Positions 37,662 through 47,353 of a stretch of 64,000 bases of DNA are shown here, in pieces. Under the pieces are notes generated by a model, which was not told the origin of the DNA, did not search any database, and worked only from the letters and a program-made list of their open reading frames with translations. The position numbers were made by a program, and so were the translations under genes. Source of the stretch: Steroidobacteraceae bacterium (GTDB taxonomy: Bacteria; Pseudomonadota; Gammaproteobacteria; Steroidobacterales; Steroidobacteraceae); contig JBOHZR010000141.1 of assembly GCA_050738595.1 (NCBI GenBank), forward strand, positions 12,531-76,530. The letters run 5' to 3'. How positions within the stretch are numbered: the first letter of the stretch is position 1; every line of letters starts with the position of its first letter.

Positions 37662-39590
37662 TCATCCCGCTGCGCGAAGCGCGAGTCGCTCGCCAGCGCC
37701 CAGGACGTTGCGCAGGAACGCTTCGAACATGAGCACGGTCCACAGGCACGCGCTGAAGTCGCGCCTGCCTGACTGATGCGCCTCGACCATCCGCCCGAGC
37801 ACACGCTGATCGAAAAGTCCGCTCTCCGCGAGCGCGCTGCCGAGCGCCGCATCGCGTACGCGGTCGCGCAGCGGTCCTCGAAACCATCCTGCGAGTGGCA
37901 CGGCGAAGCCCATTTTCGGGCGATACAGCACATCGTGAGGCAGCCGCTTCTCGAATGTTTTCTTCAGCAGGAACTTGCCTTCACCGTCCCGAATCTTGAA
38001 CGTCGAAGGCAGGCTGGCGAGCCACTCGACCAGCGGATGATCCATGAGAGGCTCGCGTACCTCGAGCGAATGAGCCATGCTCGCCCGGTCCACCTTCGTA
38101 TTGATGTCTCCGATCAGATAAGTCTTGAGGTCGAGGTACTGCACGAGCGCCAGCGGATCGTCCGTGCCGGCACGGCCCGCGTGACGCTCGAACACCTCGT
38201 TGACACGGTAACCCCCGAGAGTGGATCTGAGCGCTGGCGAGAACAGCTCGCGTCGCTCGGCCTGGCGCACGATGGAAACACTCTCCAGGTAGGCCTCTAC
38301 CGTGCTGCGCGCAAGACCCTGAAAAGTCGTCTTCGCCCGCAGCACACGCGGCGCCCAGTCCGCTTTCGGATAGAGCCGCCCGAGCAGACCAAACACCCGG
38401 CGGCGCGTCGCCAGGGGCAGAACCGAACGCCAGCGCTCCTCCGCACAGTGCAGACGGTATCTGCGATATCCACCGAAGCTCTCATCGCCACCGTCCCCTG
38501 ACAGCGCGACCGTGACGCGCTTGCGGGCGAGCCGGCAGACACGATAGGTCGGTATCGCCGAGCTGTCGGCATAGGGCTCGTCATAGATCTGCGCGAGCTG
38601 GTCGATCAGATCGAAATCATCGCTGGCCACGCGCTCGACAAAATGCCGCGCTCGGTGCTGATTCGCGACCGCCTCGGCGAAACGGCTCTCATCGAACTTG
38701 GGGTCGTCGAACGACATCGAACAGGTGTTGACGGGTGTCTCGCTGATGCGCGCCATTGTCGCAACGACCGCGCTCGAATCGACGCCACCGGAGAGAAATG
38801 CACCGAGCGGCACCTCCGAGATCATGCGCAACCGGATCGAGTCCTCCAGCCGCCGCTCAAGCTCTTCCATGGCGGTCGGCAGATCGAGCTTCTGATCGAG
38901 CGTGAACCGAACGTCCCAGTATTCCCTCGAGGTGGAAGCCGCCGCTTCGCCGCGCTTGAGCACCAGGGTATGGCCCGGCGGCAGCTTTGCGACGCTCTGG
39001 AAGATCGTGCGTGGCTCGGCGGTGTAGCCGAGCGCAAAGTACTCCTCCACAGCGCGCGCGTCGATCTCGCGCGAGACCCCCGGGTGCCGAAGGAGCGATT
39101 TCAATTCCGAGCCGAACACGAGGTGCCCGTCGGGCAAGAGCGCATAATAAAGAGGCTTCACGCCAAGCCGGTCCCGCGCGAGAAACAGCTTCTCCTGCTT
39201 GGTGTCCCAGAGCGCGAAGGCGAACATGCCCCTGAAACGCTCGACACAGCGTTCGCCCCACGCCTCCCAGCCGTGGACGATCACTTCCGTGTCGCTTCGC
39301 GTGTGGAACGTGTGGCCAAGTGCCTGGAGTTGAGGAATCAGTGTCTGATAGTTGTAGATCTCGCCGTTGAAGACGACGACGACTGATCGATCCTCGTTGT
39401 AGAGTGGCTGCTGCCCCGTTGCGAGATCGATGATCGACAACCGGCGGTGGCCGAGCGCTACGCCCGGCTCGAAGTGCTCGCCCGAGCCGTCCGGACCACG
39501 GTGGCGCAGCGAGTCATTCATGCGGCGCAGCAGCGCCCGATCGGGCTCGCGCCGCCCGCGCAGATCGCAGAACCCGGTAATGCCGCACAT
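37662..39590 (-). CDS. asnB: asparagine synthase (glutamine-hydrolysing) family amidotransferase, exosortase A locus type
   Basis: ORF trimmed to MCGITGF (aa 10), which provides Cys2 as the class II GATase nucleophile. PP-loop AFLSGGVDSSAV. The start overlaps the upstream stop (TGATG). Confidence 0.9.
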   Translation of the reverse strand: MCGITGFCDLRGRREPDRALLRRMNDSLRHRGPDGSGEHFEPGVALGHRRLSIIDLATGQQPLYNEDRSVVVVFNGEIYNYQTLIPQLQALGHTFHTRSDTEVIVHGWEAWGERCVERFRGMFAFALWDTKQEKLFLARDRLGVKPLYYALLPDGHLVFGSELKSLLRHPGVSREIDARAVEEYFALGYTAEPRTIFQSVAKLPPGHTLVLKRGEAAASTSREYWDVRFTLDQKLDLPTAMEELERRLEDSIRLRMISEVPLGAFLSGGVDSSAVVATMARISETPVNTCSMSFDDPKFDESRFAEAVANQHRARHFVERVASDDFDLIDQLAQIYDEPYADSSAIPTYRVCRLARKRVTVALSGDGGDESFGGYRRYRLHCAEERWRSVLPLATRRRVFGLLGRLYPKADWAPRVLRAKTTFQGLARSTVEAYLESVSIVRQAERRELFSPALRSTLGGYRVNEVFERHAGRAGTDDPLALVQYLDLKTYLIGDINTKVDRASMAHSLEVREPLMDHPLVEWLASLPSTFKIRDGEGKFLLKKTFEKRLPHDVLYRPKMGFAVPLAGWFRGPLRDRVRDAALGSALAESGLFDQRVLGRMVEAHQSGRRDFSACLWTVLMFEAFLRNVLGAGERLALRAAG

Positions 39591-40789
39591 CAGGCCACCT
39601 TGCGACGCTCGCTGCAACAGGAAAGGTAGAGCGCATGGTAGTCCGCGAGCATGCGCTCGAGAGAGTACTCCTTCTCCGCCCGAGCTCGCGCGGCATTTCC
39701 GTGCGCACGCCGGAGCGCGCCGTCACGGACATACTCGAGCATGGCCCTCGCGAGAGCATGCGAGTCGCCCGGCGGTACGAGAGTACCCGTCGCACCATCC
39801 TCTACGAGCTCGACATTACCGCCGGTTGCGGTCGCGATCACCGGCAATCCGCTCGACATGGCCTCGAGCACCGTGTTGGAGATGCCCTCTCGCCGTGAGC
39901 CGAGCGCGAACACATCGAACTCACGCAGCAGCGCCGCAACATCATCACGGCTCCCCGGCAGCCACGCCGCATCCGCGGCGCCAGACTCATTGAGTAGGGT
40001 GTGCGCTTGCGCGCGCAGCGGGCCGTCTCCCACCATGACCAGCTTCAGCGCCGCGCCGGCGGCATCTTGCCGCGCCGCAATGAATGCGCGCACCAGGTTG
40101 AGTGGATCCTTGATGGCGCTGAAGCGGGTGACCGACCCCACGACGATCGATTCGGACGGTAAGAGTGCCGCAGGCAGTTCGCGGCGCGCAATGCCGCCCA
40201 GCGGGCGAAAAAGTCCGGTGTCGACGCCGTTGCAAATGCGCTGGACCTTGTGGGCGGAGATCCCGACCGTCGTCGTCAACCAGCGCTGCAAATCTTGCGA
40301 GACCGCGATGAAGCGGTCGACTACCGGATTCACGATTCGCCGCAGCGCGCGATATTTGCGGCTCGTGCCGTCCGGATCGAAGATATCCCAACCGTGCTCT
40401 CCGTGGAGCCGAGCGGGCACGCCGGCTAAGCGCGCGAAGAGCGCACATTCCAGCGTGCTCAGATTGCGCGTGTGAACCACGGTCGGTTGCAGTCTCCGCA
40501 GCAGACTGAAGAGTCGCATGTACGCAGCCGGGTCCTTCCCGGGCCTCTTCTCTAGCACGTGTATGCCCACGTCGGCCTTGCGGATTCGGGCGCGAAAGCT
40601 CGATGCGCTCGTCAGCGCGATGATCGTGTGCGCGAACGTCTCCTCCGGAAGTCCATTGACGACATTGGCGACGCCGTTTTCCAATCCCCCGTAATCGAAG
40701 CTGAAAACAACGTGCGCGATGAGCGGCCGCCCATTCCGCGGCATCTGCAGTCGGGCCGACTTCGATTCGGGAGCGTCGTCCACGTTCAT
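39590..40789 (-). CDS. GT4 sugar transferase, PEP-CTERM/EpsH1 system-associated type
   Basis: 399 aa. PLIAHVVFSFDYGGLENGVANVVNGL N-terminus and SRREGISNTVLEAMSSGLPVIATATGGNVELVEDG. Confidence 0.8.
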   Translation of the reverse strand: MNVDDAPESKSARLQMPRNGRPLIAHVVFSFDYGGLENGVANVVNGLPEETFAHTIIALTSASSFRARIRKADVGIHVLEKRPGKDPAAYMRLFSLLRRLQPTVVHTRNLSTLECALFARLAGVPARLHGEHGWDIFDPDGTSRKYRALRRIVNPVVDRFIAVSQDLQRWLTTTVGISAHKVQRICNGVDTGLFRPLGGIARRELPAALLPSESIVVGSVTRFSAIKDPLNLVRAFIAARQDAAGAALKLVMVGDGPLRAQAHTLLNESGAADAAWLPGSRDDVAALLREFDVFALGSRREGISNTVLEAMSSGLPVIATATGGNVELVEDGATGTLVPPGDSHALARAMLEYVRDGALRRAHGNAARARAEKEYSLERMLADYHALYLSCCSERRKVA

Positions 40790-42016
40790 TCAAGCCGCGG
40801 CTGCTTTGCCCGTGCACGCCGCATACGTGCCGCGATACAGAAGTGCCGAGCGCCGCCAGGTGCGCTGTTCGCAGACGTAGCGGCGCGCCGCAGCGACGAC
40901 GCTCGGCCACGATTCCCGGCTGGCAAGCATCTGCAGCGCGGCGCGCGCAAGGTCGAGGGGATCATCAGGCTTGAACAGGTACGGGTGCAGATTCTCGGGG
41001 ATGACCTCGCGATGGCCACCCACGTCCGAGGCAATGAACATGCGCGCGAGCGACATGGATTCAAGCGGTTTCAGCGGCGTTACGAGCTCGGTCAGCCGGA
41101 TGGACACACGTGGGTACACGAGGACGTCGATGACGGAGTAATACCTGCGGACCTGCTCGTGGGGTACGCGACCGGTGAAGCGCACGCGCTCGGATACTGC
41201 GAGCCCCGCGACGAGCCGTTTGAGCCGCTCCTCTTCCGGTCCGCCGCCGACCAGCACCACGCGCACCCCGGCATGCTCGCGCGCAATTGCGGGCAGCGCA
41301 CGGATGAGGAACTCGAGACCTTCGTAGGCGTAGAACGAGCCGACGAAGCCGAGAACGGGCCCGGCTCCGAGCTCGAGCCGCGCGCGCAGCTCCTGGTCCG
41401 CATGTTCAATGACGCGGAAATCATCGATGTCGACCGCATTCGGCACCACCGTTACCCGTTCGGCCGGAATTCCCCGCGAGTGGATCTCGCCTGCAAGCCC
41501 GTGGCAGATCGTGGTCACCGCATTCGCGCTACGCAGTACGTACGTTTCGAGCGAGCGCGAGAGCCGGTAGCGCAGGCTTCCTTCGGCCGTCCGGCCGTGG
41601 TACACCGCACCGTCTTCCCAGGATGCCCGCATCTCGTAGACGACTGGAACGCCGCGCGCGCGGCTTGCCCAGAGGGCCGCGAGGCCGTTGAGACATGGCG
41701 AGTGGGCATGAACGATGTCGGGGCGTGTGCGCCGGATGAGCTCGGCAATGCGGCCTGCGGTCGACCAGACGACCATCGCGTTGTCGACGACTGGGACGCC
41801 GGCGAGCATCCGCGGCCGCACACGCGTGCGGAAGAAGTGGAGTCCGCCAACATCCTCCTCCTCGAGCTCACCGGACGCGTAATGCTTGGGACTCGTGAGG
41901 TGCAGCGTCTCCCAGCCGAGCGCCTGCTGCTCGCGCAGCAGCGCAAGCGTGCGAAACGTATAACCGCTCTGGAGCGGCAACGAATGATCGAGAACGTGCA
42001 GTATGCGCAGGCTCAT
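40790..42016 (-). CDS. GT4 glycosyltransferase, exosortase A system-associated type
   Basis: ORF 40790-42148 trimmed to the ATG at aa 45. MSLRILHVLDHSLPLQSGYTFRTLALLREQQALGWETLHLTSPKH and PLKPLESMSLARMFIASDVGGHRE. Confidence 0.8.
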   Translation of the reverse strand: MSLRILHVLDHSLPLQSGYTFRTLALLREQQALGWETLHLTSPKHYASGELEEEDVGGLHFFRTRVRPRMLAGVPVVDNAMVVWSTAGRIAELIRRTRPDIVHAHSPCLNGLAALWASRARGVPVVYEMRASWEDGAVYHGRTAEGSLRYRLSRSLETYVLRSANAVTTICHGLAGEIHSRGIPAERVTVVPNAVDIDDFRVIEHADQELRARLELGAGPVLGFVGSFYAYEGLEFLIRALPAIAREHAGVRVVLVGGGPEEERLKRLVAGLAVSERVRFTGRVPHEQVRRYYSVIDVLVYPRVSIRLTELVTPLKPLESMSLARMFIASDVGGHREVIPENLHPYLFKPDDPLDLARAALQMLASRESWPSVVAAARRYVCEQRTWRRSALLYRGTYAACTGKAAAA

Positions 42017-42059
42017 CGTAGGTATCAGCCGCTCGGGCCCGACTTCTCCCGAGCTCCGC

Positions 42060-43376
42060 TCACCAGCATATCCCGCGATAGCGAGCGCACTTGATCGCGG
42101 AGCGAGGAAGTCCCGCGAGATCCACGACCGTGAGGCTCTCCGATGCATGCTCGCCGAGGGCGGCGATGGTCTCTGCGTTGCTGAGGCTCACGAGCGCAGC
42201 GTCGACATTGTCGAGAGCCTGCCGCGCGTCGTTCACCAGGAGGCTCGCAATGTGCGGGATCGTCTCCTCGATGAACCGCTTGTTCGCGCCGAAGAGCCGT
42301 GAAAGGTTCACATCCGGATCATAGATCCGCAGCTGATAGCCCTTGCCGATGAGGCGCTCGGCGACGGTGACGAGCGGGCTCTCGCGCAGGTCGTCCGTGC
42401 CTGACTTGAAGCTCAGCCCGAGCATCGCGACGCGTCGGACCCCGGACGCCATGAGCATCGCGAGCGCGTGATCGATGTGAGCGCGGTTGCTTCCGAGCAC
42501 GTTACCGAGCATCGGGAGCGTCAGGTCGCGAGTCTTCGCGAGATAGTTGAGCGCGCGGAGGTCCTTCGGCAGGCACGAGCCGCCGAATGCGAATAGCGGC
42601 TTGAGGTAGGCCCGCGATATGTTGAGGCGTTCGTCGCGACAGAGAAGATCCATCACCTCGCGTCCATCAACGCCGACAGATTGCGCGACGCGACCCATTT
42701 CGTTGGCGAAGGTGATTTTCAGAGCGTGAAAAGCATTGGAGGCATACTTCATCAGCTCGGCCACACCGACCGAGGTGACCGCGAACTGACAGGGGAGATG
42801 ACCGAAGATCTCGCGCACCTTCACAGTTGCCGCTGGATTGCGCGCCCCGACGAGTGTAAGGGGAGGATTGTCGTAATCCTTGATCGACGTTCCCTCGCGG
42901 AGGAATTCGGGCTGGAAGCACAGAGCGAACTGCTCATCGGACTTGCGACCGCTCTGCTCTTCGAGAATCGGCCTCACTACCTGCTCGAGGGTTCCGGGCT
43001 GAACGGTGGACCGCAGCACGATCGTGTGGTGCTCGCGCTTGTGCGCAAGCGCAGCGCCGATTTCCCCCATGGCGCGGTGCACTGCTGCAAGATCCTGTCC
43101 TCCGTTAGGCGTCGAAGGCGTGCCGACGCACACGAACGACAGGTCGCTGTCGCGCACCGCCGCTCCCGCTTCCCCCGTCACCCGAACGCGCCCCGACCCG
43201 ACGACGCTCGCCACCAGGTCCTGAATGCCCTCCTCGATGATCGGTGAGCGACCCGCGCGAATGAGATCGAGCTTGTGGGGGTCGACATCGACTCCGATCA
43301 CATCGTGGCCGTCTCGCGCGAGGCATGCAAGCGACACGGCGCCGACATATCCCAGACCGAACACGCTGATGCGCAC
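42060..43376 (-). CDS. algD: GDP-mannose 6-dehydrogenase (AlgD-like nucleotide-sugar dehydrogenase)
   Basis: ORF 42060-43427 trimmed to the GTG at aa 18, with GAGAGG 10 nt upstream. (M)RISVFGLGYVGAV Rossmann N-terminus, FVCVGTPS, FAFGGSCLPKD (catalytic Cys), LGLSFKSGTDDLRESP and C-terminal YRGICW. Collinear by eye with P. aeruginosa AlgD. Confidence 0.85.
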   Translation of the reverse strand: MRISVFGLGYVGAVSLACLARDGHDVIGVDVDPHKLDLIRAGRSPIIEEGIQDLVASVVGSGRVRVTGEAGAAVRDSDLSFVCVGTPSTPNGGQDLAAVHRAMGEIGAALAHKREHHTIVLRSTVQPGTLEQVVRPILEEQSGRKSDEQFALCFQPEFLREGTSIKDYDNPPLTLVGARNPAATVKVREIFGHLPCQFAVTSVGVAELMKYASNAFHALKITFANEMGRVAQSVGVDGREVMDLLCRDERLNISRAYLKPLFAFGGSCLPKDLRALNYLAKTRDLTLPMLGNVLGSNRAHIDHALAMLMASGVRRVAMLGLSFKSGTDDLRESPLVTVAERLIGKGYQLRIYDPDVNLSRLFGANKRFIEETIPHIASLLVNDARQALDNVDAALVSLSNAETIAALGEHASESLTVVDLAGLPRSAIKCARYRGICW

Positions 43377-43432
43377 TTGGAATAACCTCTCTGACTCAGT
43401 CGGCGCCCGCGCGTTGCGCGAACGCACAACCG

Positions 43433-44656
43433 CTAGGTGATCGCACAGTCTGCGGCCGTGACTGATCGGCCGCGCCTGTCGAAGGCCGCAGTGAGCAGAC
43501 GATCCAGACGAGCCATCGACCCGTTCCAGGAATGATGAGTGAGCACGCGTTCGCGACCGGCTCGCGCGAGCCGCGCGCGCACCTCGCTCGAGCCCAGCAC
43601 GGTCTCGATCGCCTCCACGTACTCGTTCGCCGTCGATGCCGCGAGCAACTGCTCGCCCGCCACAACGTCGACGCCTCGCGATGCCTCACTGCTGCACACC
43701 ACCGGCACGCCCATCGCCATCGACTCGAGAATCTTATTCTGTGTACCGCGCGCAATCGCAAGCGGTGCTACGGTGAGCGCGGCGCGAGCGACGTATGGTC
43801 TTACGTCCGGGACGGACCCGGTCACCGTCACGCCCGGCCGGCTCTCGAGCTGACGGATCACGTCGGGCGGGTCGGCGCCGACCACCTCGAACCGCAGTGC
43901 CGGGCGGCGCGACTGCAGCCTCGGTAGCACATTACCGCAGAATTCGATTACGGCCTGCTGATTGGGATAGTAGTCCATGCGACCGACGAACGAGATGAGA
44001 TTCGGATCGTAGCCGGTGCCCGGCTGAAAGAAGTCGCTATCCACGCCGTTCGGGAACCAGTCCGTCGCGCCCGACACCCCGAGCTCGCGCAGCGAATCGA
44101 GCTCTGCGCGTGTCGTGCACGTGCTGACGTTGAAACCTCGCGCAAGTCGCACCTCAGCTCGCTCGAGCTTCACCGCCTCGAGCCAGAAGCCGGTCGAGAG
44201 CGGGAAGGGCTTGTAGCGGGCGTACTCGCGCCACTTCTGCGAATCCACGTCGCCGTAGTCGAGGATCTTGAGCGGCCCGCGTACTGCCGCGGCATAGGGC
44301 GCAACCGAGGAACAATGAACGAAGACGAGATCGTATGAGCGTGTCGCGAGCTCCGCGCGAACACGTCGCGCGAGCCGGGTGGAATAGAAGTAGCCGAAGC
44401 TCGACGGCATCGTGCTCGGGAGCCGAGCGAGCATCCGCGCCCACGCCATGGTGTTCGGCATGATCTCAATCAGCGCGCGCTCGCAATGGTCCGCGAGCCC
44501 TCGCGCCTCCTCACGCTCGAGGCGGCTTCGGGCAAGCGAAGCGACCGTGACGCGATGACCCTTCTCCGTCAGATGACGAATGATGTTGAACGGTCGAATC
44601 TTGCCTCCGCGCTTCGGCGGATACGGCACTCGGTGACAGATGAAGAGCACTCTCAT
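43433..44656 (-). CDS. sugar transferase, PEP-CTERM/EpsH1 system-associated type (GT-B)
   Basis: Only the last 407 aa of the 754-aa ORF. MRVLFICHRVPYPPKRGGKIRPFNIIRHL N-terminus and GTQNKILESMAMGVPVVCS. The upstream 347 aa is an Arg/Pro-rich shadow over the FemAB gene. Confidence 0.75.
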   Translation of the reverse strand: MRVLFICHRVPYPPKRGGKIRPFNIIRHLTEKGHRVTVASLARSRLEREEARGLADHCERALIEIMPNTMAWARMLARLPSTMPSSFGYFYSTRLARRVRAELATRSYDLVFVHCSSVAPYAAAVRGPLKILDYGDVDSQKWREYARYKPFPLSTGFWLEAVKLERAEVRLARGFNVSTCTTRAELDSLRELGVSGATDWFPNGVDSDFFQPGTGYDPNLISFVGRMDYYPNQQAVIEFCGNVLPRLQSRRPALRFEVVGADPPDVIRQLESRPGVTVTGSVPDVRPYVARAALTVAPLAIARGTQNKILESMAMGVPVVCSSEASRGVDVVAGEQLLAASTANEYVEAIETVLGSSEVRARLARAGRERVLTHHSWNGSMARLDRLLTAAFDRRGRSVTAADCAIT

Positions 44657-44673
44657 GCCGCTACCTTGCGTGC

Positions 44674-45798
44674 TCAACCGAGATACCGCGCTATCGGCGG
44701 ACCGAGCAAGCGGGTCACGGAAACCGGAAGCCGGCGCCATAACGCGATTAGCCGCCCGAACTTGGAATTGCTGGGGCTCAGATTCGGCACCTCGCGCGCC
44801 TTCACGAGGAAATATTCGTAGCAGAGCGGCTCCGGCTCGAAGCCCCAGTGGCTCTTGAAGTCGAAGGACCCAGTGCCGCGCTTGCTGCGCCCAAAGTCGA
44901 ATAGCCGTGCTCCCCGTTCCCGGGCCCGTTCCATCACCTGCCAGTACATGAAGTCGTTCGCGCCGAGATTGCGAGCCGCTGTGGTGCTGCCACCGTAATA
45001 GGGCAGTATCTCGTCCCGGAAGTAGAAGCTCAGCACGCTCGCGACTGGCTGTGATTCGTGCGTCACTGTGAGCACCTCGGATTGCTCTGCGAACGTCTTC
45101 CGAAGGAGCGCGAGGTAGCGGCGGGAGAATACCGGCGTGCCGAGATTGCGCAAACTCTCCGAATAGATATCGTAGAGGCGCTGGGTGTCCGCATCGAGCT
45201 CCGAGCGCAGCTGTCTCTGGATACCCTTGCGGACCATCGCGCGTTGCTTGCGCGGAATCGCGTTCATGTTCTTGTCCGCATCCGGGTCGATCGGACGGCG
45301 GAACGTTACGTACAGGTCTTTCGAGGGCCAACCCGGGTGGCGTTGCCTGCGGTTGCGCATCTCGAGGTAATCGACCCCGAGTTGCCGTCCGAGCTCGCAT
45401 GCCTGCCGCTCGAGCGCTCGATGAGCTGATTCGTTGTCCGCCACGATGCCGCCATACACGCAGAAGGGAGTCGAGATCAGGGAGTGCCCGAACAGCAGGC
45501 TCTTCACCTCCGCGAGCGGCAGCACACCGACGATGCGCCCGGCCGACTCCGCGTAGAGATATCGGCCGCGATGGCCGAATGCGTGGGACAGAATGTCCTC
45601 CCACTCCGCGAGATGGAAGAACGTGGCCTGCGGATGCCGGTGCACGAACTCGTTCCAGCGTGCACGATCCACGGGCGCGAGAGATTTGACCACGCAAGCC
45701 TGCTCCTCGCCGGGCGCAGCACGCTCGTCGCGCTCAACTCGCTCATCCCGTCGGCTCAAGTCGCGGACGGTCGAGACGGGCAGACCATCAGGGTTCAT
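44674..45798 (-). CDS. FemAB-family protein, PEP-CTERM system-associated type
   Basis: 374 aa; the start may be further downstream. FFHLAEWEDIL, LISTPFCVYGG and LFDFGRSKRGTGSFDFKSHWGFEPEPLCYEY. Confidence 0.7.
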   Translation of the reverse strand: MNPDGLPVSTVRDLSRRDERVERDERAAPGEEQACVVKSLAPVDRARWNEFVHRHPQATFFHLAEWEDILSHAFGHRGRYLYAESAGRIVGVLPLAEVKSLLFGHSLISTPFCVYGGIVADNESAHRALERQACELGRQLGVDYLEMRNRRQRHPGWPSKDLYVTFRRPIDPDADKNMNAIPRKQRAMVRKGIQRQLRSELDADTQRLYDIYSESLRNLGTPVFSRRYLALLRKTFAEQSEVLTVTHESQPVASVLSFYFRDEILPYYGGSTTAARNLGANDFMYWQVMERARERGARLFDFGRSKRGTGSFDFKSHWGFEPEPLCYEYFLVKAREVPNLSPSNSKFGRLIALWRRLPVSVTRLLGPPIARYLG

Positions 45799-47353
45799 AG
45801 TGAGAGACGCTGCCGCCGCCGCCTGAGATAGGAGGCGGGTTGCCGAAGGACATGTTCACGCCGACGATTACCATGTCCGCATCGAAGGCGGCGATCTGGC
45901 CGTACTGCCTCATGCGGTCGCCGCGCACGTAGACGGATGAGCGCCGACCGACCTTCCGAGTCAGCACGATCGAGTAATCCTGATAGGTGTACTTGCTCTC
46001 CTCATCGGTCACGTAATCGTACTTGCCGAGCGTTGCGGACAGCTTCACGTCCGTGAGCGGACCCAGATGCCGCGTGACGTAGAGCATGGCCGTTTGGTAG
46101 CGGTCATTGGAATACGACGTGTCACTCGAGGAGCCCGCGCCATGGACTTCAGGCGCGAAACGGCGTCGTGGAACGATGACTGTGGACGGAGTCGCGGTCG
46201 CGTAGTAGGTCTGCTCGGAAGAGGAGATCGACAGGCCGATCTCGGTCAATCTGCCCGTGATCGTCGCCGCCCCACTGAGCATCTTCTCGAGAAAGACATC
46301 CGGAGCAAGGCGCGTGTACCCGTAGGAGCCAGGGATCTGAACGACCGGCGCCGCCGCAAGGGGCGCCTGCGTCAGCATTTCATCGAGTGTCGCCGGCGAC
46401 TCCGTATAGTCGACCTGCAGCTTCAGCATGCGCGTCTCACGCCGCCAGTGTCCCTCGTAGCTGCGGCCGAAGTAGCGATGCCCGACGAGCAGCTTGAGAT
46501 CGTCTCGCGGTCCGCTGCTCCAGTCGAAGCCCGCCGCATATAAGGGCGATGCGAGACCGCCGTCGGCGATGCCATTCTGGGGATTGCTCTCCTTGCCGCC
46601 CTGTGCGAGCAGTCTCAGGCCCGGGACGGTGAGCAGGCCCAAGTCCGCCTTGACCTGCTCGTAGAGGAAATCGAGCGTATACGGACTCTCGTAGTCGTCC
46701 TGCTCGCGCTGGTAGGCGCCATCCCAGGTGAGTCGAGCGTTCTTGTCGATCGAGCTCACCGCGAAGTTCGCAGCACGTTCATTACTCCGGTACTCGAGCG
46801 TACCGGGGCCTCCCGCGAGGTCATCTTCGGAAATGCCGCGCGAGTAGCTCGCATCGATCCGAAACGAGCGGAAAGCATGCTTCAGAACCGGCTTGATCTC
46901 CCCGGAGGTGAAGTTGCCGACATTCGCGACGGGAAAAAAATATTCGAGATCGGCCGGCGCCGTGGGACTTGCCATCCCCTGCTGCCGCTGCCCTGCGATG
47001 TCGACCTCGAACCAGTCGGGGAGGACCTGAGTGATCGACGCGAGAGTCCCGCTGTGCAGAAAATCGTGATTTCCGCCGCTGAAGAACAGCGCATGCAGCG
47101 TGTAGTCGATGTTGGCGTGCTCGCGCGCGCTGTCATGGGTAAGACTGAAGCCCGGCTCGAGGTCGGCGAACTCACCGGCCTCTGCCTGACCCGGCGGTGT
47201 AAGATCGATGTTGTCCGTCCAGGCAGCTGTCGCCCCGATGCTCGGGACGAAGTAGGTCGCGGCGAGCGCAGCGCTCGACGACCCACAGAGCAGGACTATC
47301 GCCGCAGTTGCTGCGGCTACCGCACGCCCCTCAGGGCTCTTTCGGCCGCTCAT
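45788..47353 (-). CDS. putative outer-membrane beta-barrel protein of PEP-CTERM EPS loci
   Basis: 521 aa. Signal peptide AIVLLCGSSSAALAA. Alternating Tyr/Gly-rich strand-like composition throughout. Position between the kinase and FemAB genes. Confidence 0.5.
   Translation of the reverse strand: MSGRKSPEGRAVAAATAAIVLLCGSSSAALAATYFVPSIGATAAWTDNIDLTPPGQAEAGEFADLEPGFSLTHDSAREHANIDYTLHALFFSGGNHDFLHSGTLASITQVLPDWFEVDIAGQRQQGMASPTAPADLEYFFPVANVGNFTSGEIKPVLKHAFRSFRIDASYSRGISEDDLAGGPGTLEYRSNERAANFAVSSIDKNARLTWDGAYQREQDDYESPYTLDFLYEQVKADLGLLTVPGLRLLAQGGKESNPQNGIADGGLASPLYAAGFDWSSGPRDDLKLLVGHRYFGRSYEGHWRRETRMLKLQVDYTESPATLDEMLTQAPLAAAPVVQIPGSYGYTRLAPDVFLEKMLSGAATITGRLTEIGLSISSSEQTYYATATPSTVIVPRRRFAPEVHGAGSSSDTSYSNDRYQTAMLYVTRHLGPLTDVKLSATLGKYDYVTDEESKYTYQDYSIVLTRKVGRRSSVYVRGDRMRQYGQIAAFDADMVIVGVNMSFGNPPPISGGGGSVSHYEP

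Noticed and set aside
40559-42094. 511-aa plus-strand ORF (also 39651-40475 plus strand and 39987-40910 minus strand)
   Set aside because: These ORFs are antisense or out of frame relative to GT4 glycosyltransferase genes that have EX7E regions. They have no motifs and a low-complexity Arg/Pro/Ala composition.
44657-45697. N-terminal 347 aa of the 754-aa ORF 43433-45697
   Set aside because: This part overlaps the FemAB-like gene in another frame and is Arg/Pro/Ala-rich. The glycosyltransferase homology begins only at MRVLFICHRVPYPP (ATG 44656), 17 nt after the FemAB stop.
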